A stretch of DNA of 64,000 nt from Actinomycetota bacterium (GCA_005779395.1 SXJP01000040.1:16970-80969); one strand, 5' to 3'; positions 11,679-22,295 are shown, counted from the stretch's first letter. Numbers and translations are program-made. Notes: generated by a model from the letters alone, not told the origin.

Positions 11679-14305
11679 CGGAGAGTCTCGACTCGAATAT
11701 CGGTCACTGAAACTGAAGCGTCGATGAGTTCGGATGCGCCAGTGCCATCAGCAGAAAAACCGAGCGAAGCGGTACCTGGGGCAATGCCGCGCGCTGCCTT
11801 CAGTTCTACCGTGATGCTCCCGCGCGAGCTAGTTGCTTTCACGGATTCGCCGCTCAGCACTCCGAGGCGTGCAGCGTCGGCTGAGGAAACAAGCATCGTT
11901 GGTGCCTTCTTAAGCCCGACGAGCGACGGTGACTCCGCAACGATACGACCTCCGTCGTAAAGCTTGCGGCCAACATTGACTCGCAGAGCGTATGCGTCAC
12001 GCTGCGGAATCGACCTCGGTGCCACAACACGGTCCCAAACGAAAAGTGTCAACGCATCTTCAGTCGCAATTGTTCGGTCGATCTCTGCTGTTTCATCGAC
12101 ATCGCTGGCCTCAACGGCAACGTCGTCTCCATCTGCGCGAATCGGCTCCCAACTCAAGGAGTACTCGATGTCGAGAGATGAGCCGCCACGTCGGAAGACA
12201 ACCTCGCCGAGGTGGTCTGCGAAAGGCAACACAACTCCGTCGCGGGCGTTTCGAATAGTGGCCGTCGACGCTCCAGCCCATGCCGGCGCCACACGACTGA
12301 ATTCTTCGGTGATTTCATCGACCGTCTCAAGATCGAAATCTGAACCCATGCGCTGCGCTAGTTCAGATGCGATACGCCAATCGTCGAGCGCAAGTCCGCT
12401 TGCTGAGACCTTACGGCTGACTCTCTGCACGCGCCCTTCTAGATTCGTGACAGTGCCACCCTGTTCGGCCCAGAGAGTGCAAGGCATGAATACCTTGGCG
12501 CGACGGTTTGAAGGAGTTTCGAATGCATCGATTGCAATAACTACGCCGACAGTATCGAGTGCTTGCTTAGCTAGCGATCGATCCGGGAAATCCGCGAGCG
12601 GGTCGGCGCCAACAAGCACGAGGACATGAATCTTGCCCTCAGCGCATGCCCGAAGTATTCCTTCGGTGCCGAGCCCGCGCTCGGCTGGCACGCTTCCCCA
12701 GTTCGAAGTGAAATGAACTCGTCCCGAATCGAGGCTCACCCGGCCCGGCAAGAATCCCGGTGCGAGTCCCGCTTCGAGTGCACCATGCACGTTCGACCGA
12801 CGCAGCGCAGACAGGAACCGGACACGTGGCAACGCTCCGAGCGCCGCCGCTGCGCTCACGACTGTGTCATCGCGCTCTGCCAAAGACGTACGGCCGAGTA
12901 TTACAACGATGTTTCCCTCGCGGCTGCCGATCGATCTTGTGGCCGCAGCGATCGTTTCATTCGCTGGCGTCGCCCCGCCGATTGCCGAGGCGAGTTGTTC
13001 GGCAACCAAGCCTTGCTCGCCAGGCGCCGCACCTAACGCATGCGTGACGTACTTGCTCAAGCCGTGTGGTGCCGCAGAAAGGTCTACTAGCGGAACGCCG
13101 AGTTCAAGCGCAGCACGCTTCACGCGAAGGAACAACACGGGGAGCTCTTCTTTGAGATCACCAGCACAAAGGACAATCGCGGCCGCGTTATCGAGGTCGC
13201 TGATTTGAGCACGATCCGAACCAAGAACAACCTCGGCAGCTATGCCGTCGCCGAGTTGAGCGTCGACGTTGTCTGTGCCGATGACGCCCTTTGTGAGTCG
13301 CGCCCACGCATATGCGCTCTCGTTTGTACCGCTCGCCCCGCCGATCATGGCAATTGCGCCACCGCCGTGCAAGTTCTTAGCGCTCTTCAGTTCCGCCACC
13401 GCAGCATCAAGCGCCTGCGGCCACGACGCTTCCCGGCCACCAACCCGCGGAGTAAGAACCCTTGCTGCACTGTGTACATGTTCGTAGCCGAAGCGGCCCT
13501 TGTCGCACAACCAACCCTGGTTCACCGGTTCAGAATCGACACCGAGCAACCGCACGATTTGATTACTTGAACTTTGCACAGCTCCACGACAATGCACGGC
13601 ACATGTCGTGCAACTCGTCTCAACTGTCGCAAGGTCCCACGGGCGCGCCTTAAATCGGTACGGCTTGGCCGTGAGTGCACCGACGGGACAGATCTGCACA
13701 ACATTTCCAGAGAAGTACGACGAAAATGGGTCGTCAGGAAAATTCAGGACCTGCGTGTGATCGCCACGATCAACGAAACTAATGAGCGGATCGCCTGCAA
13801 TCTCGTCTGCGAACCGGGTACAGCGCGCACACTGAATACAACGTTCGCGGTCGAGCAAGACAAGATCGCTGATTGCAATCGGCTTTTCGAAGTGACGCTT
13901 TTCTTCTACGAAACGAGACTCGACTGGCCCAAATGCAAGTGTCGTGTCTTGCAGCGGGCACTCGCCTCCGCGATCGCAAACCGGGCAATCGAGCGGATGA
14001 TTGATGAGCAACAATTCGAGTACGCCGTCTTGCGCCGCTTTCACGCTGTCGGTGTCTGTGTGACAAACCATTGCTTCACTAACCGGCATCGTGCATGCTG
14101 GCGGGAAACCACGGATACCGTCGACTTCGACGAGACACATGCGACACATGCCGACGGGCTTCATGCGCTCGTGCCAACAAAAACGCGGGATGTAGATGCC
14201 GTTGTCTTGCGCGACTTTGATGAGAAGTTCACCTGGGCGCGCTTCGATGCTTTTGCCATCGATTGTTACGGTCACTGTCGTCTTGGCTTCGTTCACAGCT
14301 GTCAT
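11675..14305 (-). CDS. nuoG: NADH-quinone oxidoreductase subunit G
   Basis: PRFC..CRMCLVE, HPLDCPVCDRGGEC, CIQCARC, CTTCAVHC..WLCDKG (N7). Confidence 0.95.
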   Translation of the reverse strand: MTAVNEAKTTVTVTIDGKSIEARPGELLIKVAQDNGIYIPRFCWHERMKPVGMCRMCLVEVDGIRGFPPACTMPVSEAMVCHTDTDSVKAAQDGVLELLLINHPLDCPVCDRGGECPLQDTTLAFGPVESRFVEEKRHFEKPIAISDLVLLDRERCIQCARCTRFADEIAGDPLISFVDRGDHTQVLNFPDDPFSSYFSGNVVQICPVGALTAKPYRFKARPWDLATVETSCTTCAVHCRGAVQSSSNQIVRLLGVDSEPVNQGWLCDKGRFGYEHVHSAARVLTPRVGGREASWPQALDAAVAELKSAKNLHGGGAIAMIGGASGTNESAYAWARLTKGVIGTDNVDAQLGDGIAAEVVLGSDRAQISDLDNAAAIVLCAGDLKEELPVLFLRVKRAALELGVPLVDLSAAPHGLSKYVTHALGAAPGEQGLVAEQLASAIGGATPANETIAAATRSIGSREGNIVVILGRTSLAERDDTVVSAAAALGALPRVRFLSALRRSNVHGALEAGLAPGFLPGRVSLDSGRVHFTSNWGSVPAERGLGTEGILRACAEGKIHVLVLVGADPLADFPDRSLAKQALDTVGVVIAIDAFETPSNRRAKVFMPCTLWAEQGGTVTNLEGRVQRVSRKVSASGLALDDWRIASELAQRMGSDFDLETVDEITEEFSRVAPAWAGASTATIRNARDGVVLPFADHLGEVVFRRGGSSLDIEYSLSWEPIRADGDDVAVEASDVDETAEIDRTIATEDALTLFVWDRVVAPRSIPQRDAYALRVNVGRKLYDGGRIVAESPSLVGLKKAPTMLVSSADAARLGVLSGESVKATSSRGSITVELKAARGIAPGTASLGFSADGTGASELIDASVSVTDIRVETLR

Positions 14306-15651
14306 GAATTAACCCTGACGTTCACGGCGATGCCCGGTCGACCACCACTGCACGCAGCGTCGACCTCGGCTCGGAAGTATTTCTCGAGGCTCGCTACAGC
14401 GCTTACTGGCGACGGTCCGAGCGGACAGATAGTGGTCTGCGTGAACGGTGCTCGCAAGACATCGGGCGAGACGTTCGCGCTCATCGACAACAGTAACTCC
14501 ATGTCGGTCGGGCGGCCTTGCCCATGGCTCATGCGATACAAGATCTTCTCGATCCATCCGGTGCCTTCGCGGCACGGCGTGCACTTGCCACAGCTTTCGT
14601 GCGCATAAAACTTAGCTAGACGCCAAGCGACCAACACCGGGTCCGTGCTCTGGTCGTAGACCATGATTGCGCCAGAGCCAAGAGTTGTACCAAGTTTGGC
14701 TGTGATGTCATCGATGTCGTAGACCTGGTCGAGGTGCTCGTCGCAGTTCACGAGCCATTGGAACGATGCCCCACCGGGAAGGAAGAATTTCAGTTCTTTG
14801 TCGTCGCGAAGTCCCCCACAAAGTTCGAAAATGATTTCGCGGAAAGTCATGCCGAATTCGATCTCATAAATTCCGGGGTTCTTGATGTGACCCGAAATTG
14901 CAGCAACCCGAGTACCGGTACTGCGCCCAACGCCTAGTTTGGCGTACTCGGCCCCGCCCATCTTGATGATGTGTGTAAGAGTCGAGGCTGTTTCAACGTT
15001 GTTGACCACCGTCGGTTTCGCGTACACACCTGAGTGGATCGGAAGAGGTGGCTTAATTCGCGGCATACCGCGCTTGCCTTCGAGACTCTCGATCAGTGCG
15101 CTTTCTTCGCCACAGATATATGCACCGGCTCCGCGGTGTACAACGATGTCGAGGCTGAAGCCCGAACCTTGAATATTTTCGCCGACCCAGCCGTTTGCGG
15201 AAGCTTCTTTCACCGCATTGACTACGCGGTCATACCCGAGTGCGAACTCGCCGCGCAGATAGATGAAGGCCTTGTTGATGCCACATGCAAACGCCTCGAT
15301 GCAGACGCCTTCTACGAGGGCATGCGGATCCTTTTCGATGATCTCGCGGTCCTTGAAAGTGGAAGGCTCGCCCTCGTCGCCGTTGATCACAAGGTAACGC
15401 GGGAAGACGTCCGCTGGGAGCGATTCCCACTTGATCGCCGTCGGGAAGTTCGCCCCGCCTCGCCCGCGTAGACCAGACGCCTTGACTTGCGCCAAGAGGT
15501 CGGCTGCATCGCCCTTGCGTAGGACATCTGCCCAAATTTGGTACGCACCGTCGGCGCGGGCGTTTTCGTACTTCCATGCATCTACAACGTCGTGGAGTCT
15601 GCGCGTGACTATGCGCGTCTCGCGTACCTCAATCTTTTTTGTGTCAGTCAT
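14302..15651 (-). CDS. nuoF: NADH-quinone oxidoreductase subunit F
   Basis: GLRGRGG, GAGAYICGEESAL, ESCGKCTPCREG..TICPLG. Confidence 0.95.
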   Translation of the reverse strand: MTDTKKIEVRETRIVTRRLHDVVDAWKYENARADGAYQIWADVLRKGDAADLLAQVKASGLRGRGGANFPTAIKWESLPADVFPRYLVINGDEGEPSTFKDREIIEKDPHALVEGVCIEAFACGINKAFIYLRGEFALGYDRVVNAVKEASANGWVGENIQGSGFSLDIVVHRGAGAYICGEESALIESLEGKRGMPRIKPPLPIHSGVYAKPTVVNNVETASTLTHIIKMGGAEYAKLGVGRSTGTRVAAISGHIKNPGIYEIEFGMTFREIIFELCGGLRDDKELKFFLPGGASFQWLVNCDEHLDQVYDIDDITAKLGTTLGSGAIMVYDQSTDPVLVAWRLAKFYAHESCGKCTPCREGTGWIEKILYRMSHGQGRPTDMELLLSMSANVSPDVLRAPFTQTTICPLGPSPVSAVASLEKYFRAEVDAACSGGRPGIAVNVRVNS

Positions 15652-16136
15652 TTCAGACCGCCTGACACTCCACGTGGTTGCAGCACGCCAGACTTGTAAT
15701 CGTCGACTATGGCTGCTGCCATCTCAGGTACCAAGTGTTCGTGGTACTCGTAGTTCACCTGCATCGCCGGGGCATTCCCACACGCAGCAAGGCACTCAAC
15801 CTCTTCCACGAACACGTCATCGTCCGCTGCGTAGCGGTCGTTGAGGTGTTCAAGGATTTCGGGACCACCAACTACAAGACAGGTCACGTTCGTGCACACG
15901 CTTACCACTAGCTTCCCGCATGGCCGACGCTTGTACATCGTGTAGAAACTGCAAACACCTTGGACGTCGGCGGGCGTTGTTCCTACGAGGTCTGCAATCT
16001 CTGCCATGGCCTCTGTTGTTAGCCAACCATCTTGATCCTGTGCGATGTGGGCTAGCGGAAGTATGGCTGAATGAGCATCTGGATACTGCGCGATAACGGA
16101 CTGCGCTCGTGCGAGATTCTCGGGTGTGAAACTCAT
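15648..16136 (-). CDS. nuoE: NADH-quinone oxidoreductase subunit E
   Basis: SFYTMY, CTNVTC, ECLAACGNAP. Confidence 0.93.
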   Translation of the reverse strand: MSFTPENLARAQSVIAQYPDAHSAILPLAHIAQDQDGWLTTEAMAEIADLVGTTPADVQGVCSFYTMYKRRPCGKLVVSVCTNVTCLVVGGPEILEHLNDRYAADDDVFVEEVECLAACGNAPAMQVNYEYHEHLVPEMAAAIVDDYKSGVLQPRGVSGGLK

Positions 16137-17419
16137 CGATCGACCTCACCCAAGATCGGGTCGATGCTCGAAACGATTGCGACGGCATCGGCGACTAGAG
16201 CGTTACGCACCATTGGGCCCATTGATTGAAGGTTGTAAAATGATGGACCGCGAACATGCATGCGTAGCGGCTTCGCTGAACCGTCGCTCACGATGTAGCA
16301 ACCGATCTCTCCACGTGGACTCTCAACTGCAACATACGTTTCCCCTGCAGGAACTTTGAATCCTTCTGTAAACAATTTGAAATGGTGAATGAGCGCTTCC
16401 ATCGACTCGTCGATGCGCGCACGCGGTGGTGGCGTTACTTTTGCGTCATCTACTCGATAGTCGCCCGCAGGCATTTTCGCCACGCACTGACGCACGATCT
16501 TGATTGACTCGTAGATCTCTTCAAGCCGAACGCGCCACCGGTCGTAGACATCGCCAGCGGTTGCGTAGACAACGTCAAAGTCGACCTCGTTGTATTTGAG
16601 ATACGGCTGTGACTTGCGAAGGTCCCATGCGAATCCAGTGCTGCGCAAGATCGGACCCGTAATTGAAAGATCGAGGCATTCTTGAGTCGTGATCGTGCCA
16701 ACGCCAACGAGTCGGCTTTTCCAGATCGGGTTCTCCGTGAGAAGGTCGGCATAGTCGCGCACACCTGCTTCGACTTTTTCGAGGGTTGCTAAGACGTCGG
16801 TAGCCCAACCGTCTGGGAGGTCTGCTGCGACTCCTCCGACGCGAATGAAATTGTGGTTCATCCGTAGTCCGGTAATGCTCTCGAGGAGGCGAAGGGTTTC
16901 TTCGCGCTCGCGCCAGCCGTAAATCATCATCGAGACCGCACCGATGTCCATGCCGTTCGTGGCTTGGAACAAAAGGTGAGAGCTAATCCGGTTGAGTTCG
17001 ACAAGCATCATTCGGATCCACTGCGCACGATCGGGGACTTCGATTTCGAGAAGTTTCTCGACTGCCATGCAGTACACGAGTTCATTCGAAAGCGGTGATG
17101 CGTAATCCATGCGGGTCACGTTCGTGCAGCCCTGCACGTAGCTCAGTTCTTCGCCGGTTTTTTCCATGCCTGTATGCAGGTAACCGATGACGGCTTTGGC
17201 GTTAACGACTTCCTCGGAGTCGAGCTCCATCATGACGCGCAATACGCCGTGAGTTGACGGGTGCTGAGGACCCATGTTGATGAGCATCGTGTCGCCGAGT
17301 TCGTCGTCTGGCCACGGCGCGCCAGTCACGACCAATTCCTTTTGCGTCAACTTGAGCTTCTGTTTGCCCTCGTCTGTTTGACGACGAAGTCGGCTGAACA
17401 TTTTCGATCTCTCGGTCAT
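16133..17419 (-). CDS. nuoD: NADH-quinone oxidoreductase subunit D
   Basis: NMGPQHPSTHGVLR, GYLHTGMEK, ESPRGE, DPILGEVDR. Confidence 0.96.
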   Translation of the reverse strand: MTERSKMFSRLRRQTDEGKQKLKLTQKELVVTGAPWPDDELGDTMLINMGPQHPSTHGVLRVMMELDSEEVVNAKAVIGYLHTGMEKTGEELSYVQGCTNVTRMDYASPLSNELVYCMAVEKLLEIEVPDRAQWIRMMLVELNRISSHLLFQATNGMDIGAVSMMIYGWREREETLRLLESITGLRMNHNFIRVGGVAADLPDGWATDVLATLEKVEAGVRDYADLLTENPIWKSRLVGVGTITTQECLDLSITGPILRSTGFAWDLRKSQPYLKYNEVDFDVVYATAGDVYDRWRVRLEEIYESIKIVRQCVAKMPAGDYRVDDAKVTPPPRARIDESMEALIHHFKLFTEGFKVPAGETYVAVESPRGEIGCYIVSDGSAKPLRMHVRGPSFYNLQSMGPMVRNALVADAVAIVSSIDPILGEVDR

Positions 17420-17967
17420 CGCGGACTCGGATCAGTCTTGAATGTCACAGGGACACGCGCTGCTGCAAAGTCCTTGCGCAACGGGTGCCCTTCCCACTCG
17501 TCCGGCATCATGATGCGGGTGAGGTCGGGGTGACCTTCAAAGTTGATGCCAAATAGATCGAACACTTCCCGTTCGGCGAAGTTCGCGCCCGAAAAGATTG
17601 GGGTAACAGACGGCACCGTTGGATCTGTCGAAGGAACCTCGCAGATGACTCGGATTCGACGGTTGCGAGCATGGCTAAGGAAGTTCGCGATTACCTCGAA
17701 CCGTTCTGGCTCGACACCCGATGGCAGATTTCGTGCCGGGTTCGTGAGGTGGTCAACGGCTGTCACATCGACGCACATCGTGAACTGCTGCTCGTCTCGG
17801 AGCAGCTTTGCCGCTTCTGCGAGCTTCGAACGTTCGAGATACACAACCGGCTGGGCAAGTGAGTCTCTGTAGATCGCGCCGAACTGAGCACAAAGGACCG
17901 TCGCCACGTCATCGACATCCACCGGCGCGTTATTCGTCTCTGTGGCTTCGTCTGACATGTCGCTCAA
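17416..17967 (-). CDS. nuoC: NADH-quinone oxidoreductase subunit C
   Basis: EREVFDLFGINFEGHPDLTRIMMPDEWEGHPLRKDF. Confidence 0.95.
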   Translation of the reverse strand: MSDMSDEATETNNAPVDVDDVATVLCAQFGAIYRDSLAQPVVYLERSKLAEAAKLLRDEQQFTMCVDVTAVDHLTNPARNLPSGVEPERFEVIANFLSHARNRRIRVICEVPSTDPTVPSVTPIFSGANFAEREVFDLFGINFEGHPDLTRIMMPDEWEGHPLRKDFAAARVPVTFKTDPSPR

Positions 17968-17991
17968 GTTCTTGTCGTTTACTAGTGAGGA

Positions 17992-18546
17992 TCAGGCTGG
18001 TGCTGTGGCTTCAGCGTTTAGTTGGATAGCAGCACCGCCGGTATGGCTGTTGGCCCGCCGACGCATTAGCTCGCCGCTACGGATTTGTTCGTGCAGGGTC
18101 AGGATGCCGTGCATAAGTGTCTCTGGGCCAGGAGGGCAGCCAGGCACATAGACATCTACCGGCACGATCTGGTCAACGCCTTGCACGATCGCGTAATTGT
18201 TGAACATCCCGCCGCTGCTTGCACATACGCCCATTGAGATGACCCACTTGGGTTCGACCATCTGGTCATATACCTGACGAAGTACAGGCGCCATCTTTTG
18301 TGAGACGCGTCCAGCGACAATCATCAGGTCGGCTTGACGCGGGCTAGCTCGAAATACTTCCATGCCGTAACGAGCGATGTCGTAGTGCGCGGCACCCGAT
18401 GCCATCATTTCGATTGCGCAGCAGGCGAGCCCAAATGTTGCTGGAAAAACAGAGTTGCGACGTGCCCACTTGACTAAATCTTCGAGCATTCCTGTAGCGA
18501 ACCCATGTGGGACTGCTTCGAGACCAATGTGTGGAAGTTCGGTCAT
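17992..18546 (-). CDS. nuoB: NADH-quinone oxidoreductase subunit B
   Basis: [24 protein letters not shown]; ATG 18546 overlaps the nuoA stop. Confidence 0.96.
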   Translation of the reverse strand: MTELPHIGLEAVPHGFATGMLEDLVKWARRNSVFPATFGLACCAIEMMASGAAHYDIARYGMEVFRASPRQADLMIVAGRVSQKMAPVLRQVYDQMVEPKWVISMGVCASSGGMFNNYAIVQGVDQIVPVDVYVPGCPPGPETLMHGILTLHEQIRSGELMRRRANSHTGGAAIQLNAEATAPA

Positions 18547-18995
18547 GCGGCTTGTCCTGTTGTGCCTTCGGTGAGTGCAGGATCGAGTACCGCAACGGAT
18601 GTACGACGTACTGGAACTATCTCTCGGATGACCTGTGCCACAGGACCCCATGCGAGTGCGCCAACAGACAGTAGGTATGCAAACGGAATTAGGAGGACGA
18701 GCACAAAAATCGTTATCGCTACGAGTCCGAATACGCCAAGACCTCTCATCACCATGGCGAACGGATAGAGAAACACGATCTCAACATCAAGAACGATGAA
18801 ACTCATGGCTACCAAGAAGAACTTCACTGGGAAACGCTCTGCAGGTTCTGATTCTGGAACGATGCCACACTCGTACGCGGCTTGTTTTGCGCTGTTCGGA
18901 TTGCGTGGACCAAGCAAGATCGACGCGACAAATGACGCAAGCACAAACACAATTACAAGTGCAATCATGCCAACAAGCGGCAGGTAATCGTTCAC
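18543..18995 (-). CDS. nuoA: NADH-quinone oxidoreductase subunit A
   Basis: [18 protein letters not shown]. Confidence 0.94.
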   Translation of the reverse strand: MNDYLPLVGMIALVIVFVLASFVASILLGPRNPNSAKQAAYECGIVPESEPAERFPVKFFLVAMSFIVLDVEIVFLYPFAMVMRGLGVFGLVAITIFVLVLLIPFAYLLSVGALAWGPVAQVIREIVPVRRTSVAVLDPALTEGTTGQAA

Positions 18996-19002
18996 GTTGA
19001 CG

Positions 19003-19008
19003 AAACTA
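19003..19008 (-). promoter_or_regulatory. Putative -10 element (TAGTTT) of a leaderless nuoA-N transcript
   Basis: TANNNT hexamer 7 nt upstream of GTG 18995; no Shine-Dalgarno visible. Confidence 0.4.
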
Positions 19009-19064
19009 ACCGGCGCGCCCGCTGTGGCTGCTCATCGGGCGACTCAAATTTGCACGTGAATCGG

Positions 19065-20336
19065 CTAAGGCTCTGGACCGATCTTCACGATCTGCGCGAC
19101 GAGTTTGTATGCAGCTTCGGCCGGACCAAGTTCGTCTGGTCGCATCAGGTTCGCCATTATTCGCAACACCCATTCCATGAGCGACCTGTTGTGCATGCCG
19201 ACGCGAGCTAATTCGCGCATGATCGCGGGATTGCCTATCGCCTTCACGAAGGCCCGCGCCACTTTGAAATACAAGCCGTAGATTTCTTGCAATCGTTCTT
19301 CGTATGTAAGTAGTGCGAGTCCATCGCCACTTGTTAGTGCGAGGCTCACGGCATCTGCTGCGAGTCTGCCCGTCTCAAAAGCAGTCGAGATGCCTTCGCC
19401 GTTGAATGGATTAACGGACCCGGCCGCATCACCAACGACGATCCATGTCGGTCCGACATGCGGGGTAACGCAGCCACCGGTTGGCAGGCGTCCCCCAGTT
19501 GCCGGACCACATGATGTCTCGGGCTTTATTCCCCAACGCTCAGGGGCTGTCTGCGTAAACGCATCCATCAGCTTGGTCGTATTTATGTCTTTCCAGCCTT
19601 TGAAGGTCGATAGCAAGCCACAGCCGACATTTATTGTGCCGTCACCAACCGGAAAAATCCATCCATAACCGGGCAAATGGTTTCCATCGCGGTCTTTGAT
19701 GTCTAGGTGGCTCTCGATCCAGGGGTCGTCGTGCATCGGGCTTTCGTAATAGCCCCGAATTGCCATGCCGAGCGGGTAGCTCCGATCCCTAGAAGTACCC
19801 AAAGCCCTTCCGAATCGCCCGTTCGCACCATCGGCAATAACCACATATTTCGCCTGAACCGTTACTTTTTCGCCACTATCTTTGTGCTTCACTACCACGC
19901 CACGCACGATTCCGTGCTCGAGCACGGGTTCTATTGCCTCGGCGCCTGTCCAAAGCTCCGCTCCTGCTTTAACTGCGTTGTCTGCGACCATCTGATCGAG
20001 TTCTCGCCTGCGCACGACATACCCGTACGAAGGGAACTCGGGGTGCGACGGCCATGGCATTTCTAGCGTTACCCCATGGGCGATCGCCCGTAGCCCGTCG
20101 TATCGCAGGTAGTTGTCCGCAAGGCGGTCACCGAGACCCATGTCGCTGAGTTGGCGGACTGCGCGTGGCGTTAGTCCATCACCACAGGTTTTCTCTCGCG
20201 GGAAGTCTTTCTTCTCTATGCAGAGCACCCGATGCCCGTTTTGTCCGAGCCAGAAAGCGCACGCAGCACCAGCAGGTCCAGCGCCGACAATTACCGCGTC
20301 AAAAACTGCGTCGTTGCTTGCCGATTTCACCGCCAT
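19065..20336 (-). CDS. menJ: Geranylgeranyl reductase family protein, probable menaquinone reductase MenJ
   Basis: VIVGAGPAG, FPREKTCGDGLTPR, GYGWIFP, GDAAGSVNPFNGEGI; located upstream of nuoA as in other Actinobacteria. Confidence 0.8.
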   Translation of the reverse strand: MAVKSASNDAVFDAVIVGAGPAGAACAFWLGQNGHRVLCIEKKDFPREKTCGDGLTPRAVRQLSDMGLGDRLADNYLRYDGLRAIAHGVTLEMPWPSHPEFPSYGYVVRRRELDQMVADNAVKAGAELWTGAEAIEPVLEHGIVRGVVVKHKDSGEKVTVQAKYVVIADGANGRFGRALGTSRDRSYPLGMAIRGYYESPMHDDPWIESHLDIKDRDGNHLPGYGWIFPVGDGTINVGCGLLSTFKGWKDINTTKLMDAFTQTAPERWGIKPETSCGPATGGRLPTGGCVTPHVGPTWIVVGDAAGSVNPFNGEGISTAFETGRLAADAVSLALTSGDGLALLTYEERLQEIYGLYFKVARAFVKAIGNPAIMRELARVGMHNRSLMEWVLRIMANLMRPDELGPAEAAYKLVAQIVKIGPEP

Positions 20337-20543
20337 GTGATCCATCGTCGCGCACCGAGACACGCATGCGTTCATCGACTATGCGAGCATGTGATTTTGT
20401 GCATGGATCACGGCGTGAGAATCGCGAATTTTCATGGTTGTCGTCGATGAGTCGCGTCTTCATCTAGCGTGCTAGTAAGCCATGCAAGAAGCGACACGAA
20501 CGCCGCTTCGCCGCCACTCGACTACCCGCAGGAGTACACAGGA

Positions 20544-21062
20544 ATGAGGCATGTTCTCGGTTTAGCCGTGCCCAATATCCTGCCCGAAACGTTGGGCTTG
20601 CGCGCTGCTGGTCGTTTGATTTGGACGACAGTCCTATTCGTAGTTTTGCTTTCACCTGTCGTGGTTGCGTTGAAACGCCAGAAGTCAAAACTCAAAGCAA
20701 CTTGGGCTCAAGCAATGGCTGGCGCTGTTTATGTTTGGGTGCTAATGGTCCTCGCCTACGGATCGATTCCGCATGAGTGGCTCACGTTCGCAAACGGTTA
20801 CCTCAAGTGGGATGAGTCTCACTTCTTGCTCACTTCTGGCCAATCGATTGGTCCGTTCAACTGGCTCAACCTAGACGTCGATAAGCGCGCCATAACCGAC
20901 ACAGTCGCCACGCTTATCTATGTTGTGTTGGCCGTCGCCAACTTCAAAATGTTTGCGGCATGGCAACGGCGCCCAGAGGCGCCATCTGTTAGCACCGCAG
21001 TCGAGACTGAAAAGGTCATTGGTACATCTGCATTCGGACGCCCAGTAACGGTGAAGTCGTAA
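20544..21062 (+). CDS. Hypothetical 3-TM membrane protein, first gene of the cytochrome b6-type operon
   Basis: AGGAG upstream of ATG 20544; three hydrophobic segments; 4-nt gap to the ferredoxin. Confidence 0.7.
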   Translation: MRHVLGLAVPNILPETLGLRAAGRLIWTTVLFVVLLSPVVVALKRQKSKLKATWAQAMAGAVYVWVLMVLAYGSIPHEWLTFANGYLKWDESHFLLTSGQSIGPFNWLNLDVDKRAITDTVATLIYVVLAVANFKMFAAWQRRPEAPSVSTAVETEKVIGTSAFGRPVTVKS

Positions 21063-21066
21063 AGAC

Positions 21067-21480
21067 ATGGCCAAGATCGACGCCAATCCGCCGATGCCAG
21101 ACTTCAGCACGGACTACGTCCTGCAAGAGGTCGATCCAAATTGGCTCACCAAGGCAGTCAAGCCAAAGCAGTTTTTGCACATTGACCAAGCCGAATGCAT
21201 CATGTGTGAAGGCTGCGTCGACATTTGCCCTTGGAAGTGCATTCACATGTTGTCGCTCGATGCGATCACAGACGCGACAAATGCCGACCAACCAGGTGAC
21301 GATCCGACCGACCATGTGTTTTTTGTCGTCGACGAAGACATCTGCACGCGCTGCGCACTTTGCGTCGATCGCTGCCCAACAGGCGTCATCGTGTTAGGCA
21401 AGGTCACAGATAAATGGTCCGATGGGGACCCGAACGACCGTACTAATCGTCACGGCTACGCCTACGGCGTCCGTTTCTAA
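21067..21480 (+). CDS. 2[4Fe-4S] dicluster ferredoxin
   Basis: CIMCEGCVDICP and CTRCALCVDRCP. Confidence 0.92.
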   Translation: MAKIDANPPMPDFSTDYVLQEVDPNWLTKAVKPKQFLHIDQAECIMCEGCVDICPWKCIHMLSLDAITDATNADQPGDDPTDHVFFVVDEDICTRCALCVDRCPTGVIVLGKVTDKWSDGDPNDRTNRHGYAYGVRF

Positions 21481-21500
21481 GTAGACCTCAGGAGAAACTC

Positions 21501-22295
21501 GTGGCCGAAGCCAACGGGAACAATGGATCGGGTTTAGGCGCCAAGGTGGCCGAACGCGCCACGAAGATGTGGGACAACACTCGCAACTCTCAAGCCTGGA
21601 ACTCAATCTTCCGGCCGGGTTCGATCTATCGCAAGGGCTACACAGACAGCCCTCGTAACCGCAGTTACGTGATCATGAACAGCGTCTTGTTCCACCTCCA
21701 CCCCGTGAAGGTGAAGCGCCACGCTGTCAAGGTGAGCTACACCTTATGCCTCGGCGGCCTCTCGTTTTTCTTGTTCATTCTGCTTACGGTCACAGGCATC
21801 TTCTTGATGTTCTTCTACCGACCGACTGCTACCGAAGCGTGGGCGACGGTTCAAGATCTCGAAACAGCAGTGGCATTTGGATCGCTAGTAAGAAATATGC
21901 ATCGGTGGGGCGCTCACCTAATGGTGTTGTCGGTCTTCTTGCACATGAGTCGCGTCTTTTATCACGGTGCCTATAAGTCGCCACGGGAGTTCAACTGGGT
22001 TATCGGCGTCATCCTCTTGCTGCTCACCTTGTTGCTTTCGTTCACGGGCTATCTACTCCCGTGGGACCAACTCGCACTTTGGGCCGTAACCGTAGGTACC
22101 AACATGATGGGCTACACGCCCGTGCTTGGTAACCAGGTTCGTTTCGTATTGCTTGGTTCTAAAGAGATCGGGAACGACACGCTCTTGCGGTGGTACGTGT
22201 TGCACGTGCTCATGTTCCCGTTCGTCATCGTGATCTTCATGGCGGTTCACTTCTGGCGCGTCCGCAAGGATGGCGGCATTTCCGGGCCCCTCTAG
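21501..22295 (+). CDS. Cytochrome b6-like subunit (N-terminal half of a split cytochrome b)
   Basis: CLGG, MHRW..H, TGYLLPWDQ, H-x14-H in helix D, C-terminal GISGPL as in PetB. Confidence 0.92.
   Translation: MAEANGNNGSGLGAKVAERATKMWDNTRNSQAWNSIFRPGSIYRKGYTDSPRNRSYVIMNSVLFHLHPVKVKRHAVKVSYTLCLGGLSFFLFILLTVTGIFLMFFYRPTATEAWATVQDLETAVAFGSLVRNMHRWGAHLMVLSVFLHMSRVFYHGAYKSPREFNWVIGVILLLLTLLLSFTGYLLPWDQLALWAVTVGTNMMGYTPVLGNQVRFVLLGSKEIGNDTLLRWYVLHVLMFPFVIVIFMAVHFWRVRKDGGISGPL

Noticed and set aside
20390-20410. Rex or CRP site between menJ and the b6c operon
   Set aside because: Only one good half-site, or wrong spacing.
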